A stretch of DNA of 64,000 nt from IMG/VR virus record IMGVR_UViG_3300046001_006396, positions 1-64,000 of that record; one strand, written 5' to 3'. Shown piece by piece: positions 58,901 through 64,000 of the stretch. This DNA comes from a virus. The notes under the pieces are model-generated. The model made no database searches. It was not told where the DNA came from and worked only from the letters and a program-made list of their open reading frames with translations. Both the position numbers and the translations under genes were made by a program. The number at the start of each line of letters is the position of its first letter. The first letter of the stretch is position 1.

Positions 58901-58998
58901 ATACGGTAACACCACCAAACGATACTAATTTATTTAATCTATGGTCAACAGTTGATTCTATAGATGATAAGTTTAACCTTAAAAAGAAAATGAATTAA
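52972..58998 (+). CDS. Large baseplate/tube-initiator-like virion protein with N-terminal repeats
   Basis: 2008 aa; W....FLGRTEPIYTF...ERS..LKF and PPICVLRVGDFF.....IDSL segments resemble tube-initiator folds; follows tape measure. Confidence 0.55.
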   Translation: MESPLSFDSTENFRKKLLLRNLKPYTVDGIFSAPKLENKTEITLVDYSVSDSPNIEKEQKLQEKKLIGQNKYTPNDGFGNTISINLNKNSETNFGNYTINNTNNSKLELIGNNNEKLLYVQNIYGPVDFSSSYGKTIDVNKNLNTKTNFGLYGFSKTFGSYLETFGIQKEIELVVQNQYGADQNSPLKSVDPNINKQTKPNSGTYGYADTLQSSLQNNGFTLKNTLLGKNQYGPQYFQSTQTVNPNVNLQSKANEGNYGYDDSIGSELELNGNNKEKDLIVLNKYSPTNSQNGFGSSISFPLLSNGSGFGLYEDQSDANGSGLELFARNREDVNYTRNKYGPQGLGTSYGLEVFINKYLQLSANVGEYDPDSTSGDGSELEILGEKKIKLNLIKNEYQPLNTPTIVNPNADAQQDANKGEYNYTASRPPLTTEQSQSFVYQKNKYNSGDGAYDVLDIVELFPGTKNSPYWNSSQSFIFQPSFYTPINILLNDNPSGSDGSLSQDSDLAKIGAKQLQKEYKARIALELIQQTLGRSTLSNNSATNISGEISQKPSFDPFDALGVVTNKLPILQKDYKITSPGNLVSDALSFTARLSGLYSPYSIIPGEVFDYPQKNFLSQLRTNPVGAVGNIVGGLINQITSMAIDSSSELLLNNTGAPTKAILYDQLFYNQYRPKYRLDSLQSPNLSAPKENFYVGKNKNFIRDAVSPRNEVADGKFGNINFGPVFDYGVIGQEYEGNEVQKRLFGLKSYPYYDANGGVQGGFTWAPKAKSVNKPGQPVGPNNKVYDSTATVVDPTLQKQINDTDSSVLKFTDGSLLDITQKLVEAASKSSKPLSHVGNAINQISKVFNDGYIEMTKGSRVRRYLTPNAVQGSTKVSDIVGYEYGRLFSKDIPFTTYKQLQKTRGNIRKSTYSILDNTYNLNIAPMKGGSGVDSTNITRDGKVKKYMFSLENLAWRTSNRPGFTVDDLPACEKGPNGGRIMWFPPYDLSIDDNTRTAWNSNTFLGRTEPIYTFQNSERSASLKFKIIVDHPSILNVIVNKELEKADASVASQVVDSFMAGCLNYDIYDLLAKYKQFSLSDVYDVLSTLNPEQLSELTKEVPNATIVGETTLNNNTNLAQTESGAGQESTFTENFDKDKFQQLQLLFDETSSGNYSDDYTTFIENGQSNVLTNATDKVYKYSDGVEYLNPPASLSLGEYLDARKSSIQQVFSFATTEYNTFKELLPLTLKNLDGGATMTISIEGSTYSGLNGGEQSRADSVSKMISEYSEGELKMQNFIDSKKLTIKTSSIGTPKVNDGSFRDIDCSKTFTNTIYRYSVQGMMCRAAKLSVTEYTPASNTTPTQQTQTPSGPESELPNATAADLNNPNNTQPQSESSQAVKNNRKKDKGNNIGDGLTKKLLRKLLSECDYFEMIAEQNPLVYDGIKSRFKNFNPAFHSITPEGLNSRLTFLNQCMRPGDTIPTAVETGQGITLQYNDVINSAFGSPPICVLRVGDFFHSKILIDSLDITFDDGQFDLNPEGIGVQPMIADVTLSIKFIGGSGLKEPVSSLQNALSFNYYANTEMYDERAEETDDFTSKNDELLVEDIKNEVGIIDNQQRPLVNDGGTTIGTIQTNTVDLQTSAITGTITYKDVMDNMLSKTQSYINCVNKILIQLKDDLLWGGLITYTKDRIYSTGYFDYLGGNTSNEVNIFGKPQGYQERIDNIFNSAKDDVDNDTSPILGGINEQGFSNSEVRKIKRKLTKMIDERKTPFIESVEKGTTDLIKNELSFIGVSDQVNFILSNVDGYKNKQGGAVIYDISGTTGVDPQTTNAADTYVELQNDVLQIRTGLNQLDTNLKSYQIITNGEKEYNNNLTFKILDNTSSQENAFFIIFGKEILLENGYKTFVDSLLSEVSDSQLLNNWASFLYTNIGFNVGGDNQPATRINDGRYIKYENSKKTLDDNFSSFKNNYFDIALPNEQYLPFKKGKERLFDYTKQNTVTPPNDTNLFNLWSTVDSIDDKFNLKKKMN

Positions 58999-58999
58999 C

Positions 59000-59317
59000 A
59001 TGGAATATTTTAATAGATACCAAAACTTTCTAATAAATGGAAATCAAACCGTAGTCCCGTTTGTGACCCTGCCTAATAGAACAACGGACCAAAAATATTT
59101 ATATAGAGCCAACCAAAGTAGATTAGACAAAATAAGTTACGATAAATACGGTACACCATATTTTGGGTGGTTAATACTAATTGCAAACCCAAATTTTGGA
59201 GGTCTTGAAACAAATATACCGGATGGATCAATATTAAATATACCGTTTCCATTAAAGGGGGCATTATTAGACTACAAAAATGCGATAGATACACATATTT
59301 TTTATTATGGCAGATGA
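59000..59317 (+). CDS. LysM-like baseplate wedge protein (gp53/tail-X-like)
   Basis: RLDKISYDKYGTPYFGWLILIANP...IPDGSILNIP. Confidence 0.75.
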   Translation: MEYFNRYQNFLINGNQTVVPFVTLPNRTTDQKYLYRANQSRLDKISYDKYGTPYFGWLILIANPNFGGLETNIPDGSILNIPFPLKGALLDYKNAIDTHIFYYGR

Positions 59318-62300
59318 TTTAACAAAAAAACCAATCTATATTGAAACCGATTATGACAATGTTGTTTTAATTGACCCAAATAAGATTGTTGTAAATAACG
59401 AAATTAAAGATAGATTAGTTGATCACGAAGATTTAGTTTTTTATGCTAATTTAGAAACAAGAGTAATACCAAGAAGTAAACTTGCCTTTGGGGAGAGTTT
59501 TGACAGCCCGGTATTTAATACGACAGTTGCAAGTGTAAAGGGTAAAGTGTCTGACCCATCAACGGTGATTAATTTTTTACAACCATTAGATAGGAGTAGA
59601 TTTGACACTTCATGGTCTGACCAAATAACAGGAAAGGGGTCAACCTCAGCAAACGGAGCAAATCAAATATCAGAAAAAGTTAGTAATGTTAATGGTAATT
59701 TTAGATTTGAAAGAAATGTTAATAATTATTCTGACACACAACTATTAGGGATTAAATCAATTGACGTATCAGTACAAGGGGGTAAGGGATCAACAATTTT
59801 TGTACCTACAGTTGAGATTACATTGGTAGACGTTCAAGGAAGAACGTTATTTGAGCAGGGCGAAAAATCAATATATTCCGTATTTTTTAATATGCCGTAC
59901 CCATTATTTTATTTAACATTAAAAGGTTATTATGGTAAAGCGATAAGATATGAATTAAATCTAACAAAATTTAATGCAAAATTTGACCAACAAAGTGGTA
60001 ATTATGATATACAACTTTCGTTGATGGGTAAATTAACGGGATTATTGTCCGACACGTTATTGGATTATGCGAAGACTGCACCAAAAATGTTTCCAACAAC
60101 AATACAAACCATAGAGTCTGCGCCCGCAGGAACAAACCAAGCGGTAACATCAACAAATTCATCAGTTGGTATACAAAAATTAAATGAGGTATATAAGATA
60201 TATGAATCAAAAGGACTAATACAAAAAAACTTCCCAAGACTTACAATTGAAGAGTTTGTTATGAGATGCGATAATTTTAACACCGCAATGCAAGAAAATA
60301 TTAAAAAAGGAGATTTTGCGGTTTTAAATGATGTACAATCATATAGAGATATTGTTGAAGAATTAAAAAAAACAGTTTATACCGATATACTACCAAAATA
60401 TTTAGACACCAGTAATTATATCATTTATAATGGTGAAATTTATTATTCATTTAAAAATAATTTAGATTTTGACACGAGAGAGAGGGTAAAAACTGATATT
60501 GATGTTGAGATAAAAGGGGCTGTTGAAAATTTAAAAAAAAATGCATCGTTTGGTGAGAATGGAGAATACTACATAGGGTCTGAAAAATTTGAAAACCAAT
60601 ATATTGATGTTAAGTTATCTAGTTCTATGATACTAACTGAATTTTTATACACAAACCTGTCAAATGATGATTACTCAAAAACGTTAGCCGCTAAAATAAA
60701 CAGACCACCAACAGAAGACGAATTAATTTTATATAAAACACAAATCACTAAAGACTTTGAATTAACATCACAAAGATTAAACGTAAATACTAACGCTTTA
60801 GAAGATACTACACCAATATTGTTTAAATACGGAGAAACACAAATAGGGTCAACAACATACATCACCGATAGTTTTTTGTGGTCAATTGAGAATATATTAT
60901 CAACATTAAAATCAAAAGAAGAAGAGATTAATCAAACTTTTTCTGAACAATTAGCAATACAATTAATAGAGGATAACGCCGGTTTAGGGTTTGTTCCGAC
61001 CATTAGAAATGTAATGGCAATTATATTTGCCGGAGTTGATACGTTTTATAGGTTAATGGAAAAAACACACACGGAGGCTTGGAATAAAAAAAACGACCCA
61101 AAAAGAATAACATCAATAGTCCCGCCAGATAAAAATTTTGGAATTGATTCTAAAAATGTTGTAAACTATAGTGGACAATTAAATAATAACAATTTAGTCT
61201 ATCCTTGGCCAACTTACTTTACTTTAGAAAAACAAACCGACGGAAGACAACTTTATACTGTACAATATTTAGCAGACCCTAAATTTGCAAAAGCCACAAA
61301 CGCATTTAACTATAGTATTTGGCCTGAAATATTTTTTACTGAAGAATACTTGGATGCTGCTGTTAGAAAAACACCACTAACAAATAGAAACGGATACACC
61401 AACCCAACAGAGTTAAATAACTATGCGTCTTGTAATACCATGGAATTCCCATTCACAACAATACCATATGAAAACCCATCTGAAATATCTTTTTTTTATG
61501 AGTGGTATGAAAGATTATATTTAACAAGTCATTATACTAATTTATTTATTGGTGATTATAAAACAAAACAAGTTGATAAATTTATTGCAGATTTAGAAGC
61601 GAGGAATATTTCTAGAGGGTTAATAGATAATCCTACACTAAAAGAAAAATTTAAAATTAATAAATTTAATTTTACAACATTAACTGATTATTTAAGAACT
61701 ATATCAAGTAATGGTGCTGGAGAAAGTTGGGTTAAATTAGAAAGAGATTTATATGTGACGGATTACATTGATGGGTTAGTTGAAAAAGATTATGGATTAT
61801 ATAGTTTAGATACGATTGATGGTAAATCTATTAGTTTAGATACTGCAGTTCCTTTAATTGAAAATTTTAAATCTTATTTAGAAAGTACTGAAACAACTAA
61901 AAAGACTTATTTAGATTTATTACCATTTGTGGCTGAAATCACATTTAACATTAATAATGATACAACAAGGGCGATGATATTTTTAGATGATAAAAAAAGC
62001 ATTGCAAGATTAAATGAAACATCTGACGGAACAAAATTAACATTTTATGGATTTTATGAAAAATACACATATAAAAACGCAAATAATAATATTTTTGTAA
62101 CTCCAGAGACAAACGTACCGATAGTGGATAGAAGTACCCTTAAAAAATATTTTGAAGAAACAACTAATAGTGATAAGGGAAAAAGACTAACACAAAATAG
62201 CATATATTACTCAAATTATTCTGGAAACGTTACGGACTCTCAATATACAACATTATTAAATACACCACTTTTTATTAATTCTTTATTAAATGGTATACAA

Positions 62301-63998
62301 AAAGAAAAAGATGGGAATATAAACCCATATGTATCTTTAGGATATGTTTATTTAAGTTCATTTATACAAAATAGTTTATCGGGTGATATTACCGATTATA
62401 ATGAAAATAGTATTATAGGTGTTTATGGGTCGTTATCTAAATTTTCCGCAATAAATCAAATACCTTATAATTGGATGTTATATATTGGTAGTATTTGGCA
62501 TAGATATAAAAATTGGATAGATAATGGGGTTGATATTTTAGATGATGCTTGGACGGATTTTAACTATAAAAAATACTATGATCCAATCACCGAGAACCTA
62601 TCAAAGAATTACGACATTAAAAACTATACTGGTGGGTCAACACAATTTAGTGCATACATAACAAACACAATACCTAACACTACCACAACACTTGATATAT
62701 TTAATATTGGGTTTTATCCTAAAGTTATTAATGATATACATTGGTATTTAACAAAAAATGATTTGTTTACAAATTATGATGAAACCGAGTTTTCAAATGC
62801 CTATAATACAGGAAAACTTAAAATAGGACAAGGAACTGGATCATCAGGTAATTTAAAAAAAGGTTTAGATAAGGTTATTGTTAATTCATACTTTCAATAC
62901 CTAACATTTGATAAAGACCCATTAGTCGATAAAGGTAATAAAGTTTATGTCCCAATACCATCTTTAGGTGCATTACCTGTAAACCAATCTGTACTTGAAT
63001 GTGCAAACGCAACTAATAATTTAACACAACAAATAAAAGATAACCCATCTGTTTATAATGGTTCCGCAAGGTCATTATGGGGTCTTAGTAATTTTGGTTA
63101 TTTTGATTTACAAAAATTTAAAAAACCAAGACCTGAACAATATATTGGTGGTTATTTATTTAGCAGTGATGCTTACGACCAAATAGATAAAATTTTTGCA
63201 ATATTTAAACCTGATATACTTAATGAGTTTGAAAACGCATTTTTAGGTTTTTGTGACCCTAACGCAACATCCTCAGAACTTTTAATTTTACAAGGAGAAA
63301 GGACTAGTCCAAATTATGTTGATACCAATAAAATTAAAAATATAGATAAAAGACGATTAAAAGACCAAATATTAAATATTTTTAAAGTTAGAGCAGACGG
63401 AGTAACAATTAACGATAAAGAAGACCAAGATTCAAAAAGTATCGCGCAATCCCAAATATCAAACTTTTCTAAAAAGGGACAAGAGTTTTTAAAATTTGAT
63501 TGTTTAATTAAAATAGGCAACCCAAAAAACTTTAATAGGAAAATATTTAATAGTTTTTCAAACGACCCATTATACCAACCAGTTGATAAATTAAATTTTG
63601 ACCCATACGTTCCCAATTCATTACCATCTTCAGCACTAACTACACCATTAATTATTAGTAAAGTTAATTACCCTGAAGAGTGGAAAACATTAGAAAAATA
63701 TGTTGGATACTCAAGACTTAAAAAAGTTTCATATACCGATTCTGGATCAACTATTACTGATTTTTTTATTGATATGGATGTTGCATTCACCGTTGATAAC
63801 ATTAAAACGTTATACCAAATAATTAAAATTTACTCTAAAGAAAAGTATTTGGCGTTAACTAATGGGACAGCATGGTCAAAAGAGGTTTTTTACACAGGAT
63901 TTAATTCATTTTTAGCATCACAGAACGCAATATTTTCGGATATGATATTAGAAGTTTCATCATATTTAAATAAAAACTTACCAAGCGTTTCAGTGACA
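59307..63998 (+). CDS. Very large putative baseplate hub protein (partial, >1500 aa; absent from ORF track because it runs off the window)
   Basis: ATG at 59307 overlapping the previous stop: MADDLTKKPIYIETDYDNVVLIDPNK...LGIKSI...PTVEITLVDVQGRTLF...PYPLFYLTLKGYYGK; canonical position after LysM gene; open frame spot-checked, not read codon by codon. Confidence 0.65.
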   Translation, partial: MADDLTKKPIYIETDYDNVVLIDPNKIVVNNEIKDRLVDHEDLVFYANLETRVIPRSKLAFGESFDSPVFNTTVASVKGKVSDPSTVINFLQPLDRSRFDTSWSDQITGKGSTSANGANQISEKVSNVNGNFRFERNVNNYSDTQLLGIKSIDVSVQGGKGSTIFVPTVEITLVDVQGRTLFEQGEKSIYSVFFNMPYPLFYLTLKGYYGKAIRYELNLTKFNAKFDQQSGNYDIQLSLMGKLTGLLSDTLLDYAKTAPKMFPTTIQTIESAPAGTNQAVTSTNSSVGIQKLNEVYKIYESKGLIQKNFPRLTIEEFVMRCDNFNTAMQENIKKGDFAVLNDVQSYRDIVEELKKTVYTDILPKYLDTSNYIIYNGEIYYSFKNNLDFDTRERVKTDIDVEIKGAVENLKKNASFGENGEYYIGSEKFENQYIDVKLSSSMILTEFLYTNLSNDDYSKTLAAKINRPPTEDELILYKTQITKDFELTSQRLNVNTNALEDTTPILFKYGETQIGSTTYITDSFLWSIENILSTLKSKEEEINQTFSEQLAIQLIEDNAGLGFVPTIRNVMAIIFAGVDTFYRLMEKTHTEAWNKKNDPKRITSIVPPDKNFGIDSKNVVNYSGQLNNNNLVYPWPTYFTLEKQTDGRQLYTVQYLADPKFAKATNAFNYSIWPEIFFTEEYLDAAVRKTPLTNRNGYTNPTELNNYASCNTMEFPFTTIPYENPSEISFFYEWYERLYLTSHYTNLFIGDYKTKQVDKFIADLEARNISRGLIDNPTLKEKFKINKFNFTTLTDYLRTISSNGAGESWVKLERDLYVTDYIDGLVEKDYGLYSLDTIDGKSISLDTAVPLIENFKSYLESTETTKKTYLDLLPFVAEITFNINNDTTRAMIFLDDKKSIARLNETSDGTKLTFYGFYEKYTYKNANNNIFVTPETNVPIVDRSTLKKYFEETTNSDKGKRLTQNSIYYSNYSGNVTDSQYTTLLNTPLFINSLLNGIQKEKDGNINPYVSLGYVYLSSFIQNSLSGDITDYNENSIIGVYGSLSKFSAINQIPYNWMLYIGSIWHRYKNWIDNGVDILDDAWTDFNYKKYYDPITENLSKNYDIKNYTGGSTQFSAYITNTIPNTTTTLDIFNIGFYPKVINDIHWYLTKNDLFTNYDETEFSNAYNTGKLKIGQGTGSSGNLKKGLDKVIVNSYFQYLTFDKDPLVDKGNKVYVPIPSLGALPVNQSVLECANATNNLTQQIKDNPSVYNGSARSLWGLSNFGYFDLQKFKKPRPEQYIGGYLFSSDAYDQIDKIFAIFKPDILNEFENAFLGFCDPNATSSELLILQGERTSPNYVDTNKIKNIDKRRLKDQILNIFKVRADGVTINDKEDQDSKSIAQSQISNFSKKGQEFLKFDCLIKIGNPKNFNRKIFNSFSNDPLYQPVDKLNFDPYVPNSLPSSALTTPLIISKVNYPEEWKTLEKYVGYSRLKKVSYTDSGSTITDFFIDMDVAFTVDNIKTLYQIIKIYSKEKYLALTNGTAWSKEVFYTGFNSFLASQNAIFSDMILEVSSYLNKNLPSVSVT

Positions 63999-64000
63999 GT

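Noticed and set aside
1-64000. Giant eukaryotic virus (NCLDV) origin suggested by PolB, SNF2, SOD and sugar enzymes
   Set aside because: Tail sheath, tube, baseplate and neck genes, a sigma factor and coupled operons indicate a tailed bacteriophage
1-64000. Stop-codon reassignment as in some huge phages
   Set aside because: Genes are full length in the standard code, and TAA, TAG and TGA all end genes at sensible junctions
1-64000. CRISPR arrays, tRNA/rRNA genes, integrases or transposases
   Set aside because: Intergenic gaps are short (at most about 140 nt) and I saw no repeat-spacer array, cloverleaf or recombinase motif; tRNAscan/CRISPR tools were not run

Overview
AT-rich, densely coded 64-kb segment of a large (jumbo/'huge') contractile-tailed dsDNA phage with distant T4-like architecture, read in the standard code. 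The left half (minus strand, 1-33.3 kb) has a gp5-like spike gene, a gp55-like sigma factor, phoH, dUTPase, a 3'-5' exonuclease, a stand-alone WYL protein and a ~26-kb cluster of soluble sugar-nucleotide enzymes and about 11 glycosyltransferase-like genes. These include Gmd/ColD/Fcl-like (GDP-colitose/fucose), a NeuB/NeuA ulosonic-acid module with unusual tailoring enzymes, a DegT/acetyltransferase pair, and GT10, GT11 and Maf-like transferases. No flippase, polymerase or priming transferase is recognisable. The right half has family-B DNA polymerase, SNF2 helicase, a HExxH-domain/Mn-SOD fusion and the neck, sheath, tube, chaperone, tape-measure and baseplate genes. Best leads: (1) an autonomous virion-glycosylation system with a candidate [S/T]-G-x-T sequon enriched in structural proteins; (2) a probable +1 UUU_CGC frameshift in the tail assembly chaperone; (3) a recurring TATTTAT promoter motif paired with a phage sigma factor; (4) I/L-x-E protease-type sites suggesting head-packaged SOD, WYL and HAD proteins; (5) an unannotated RHH regulator with a direct-repeat operator beside the sheath gene. 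All calls come from reading motifs by eye; no searches were run.
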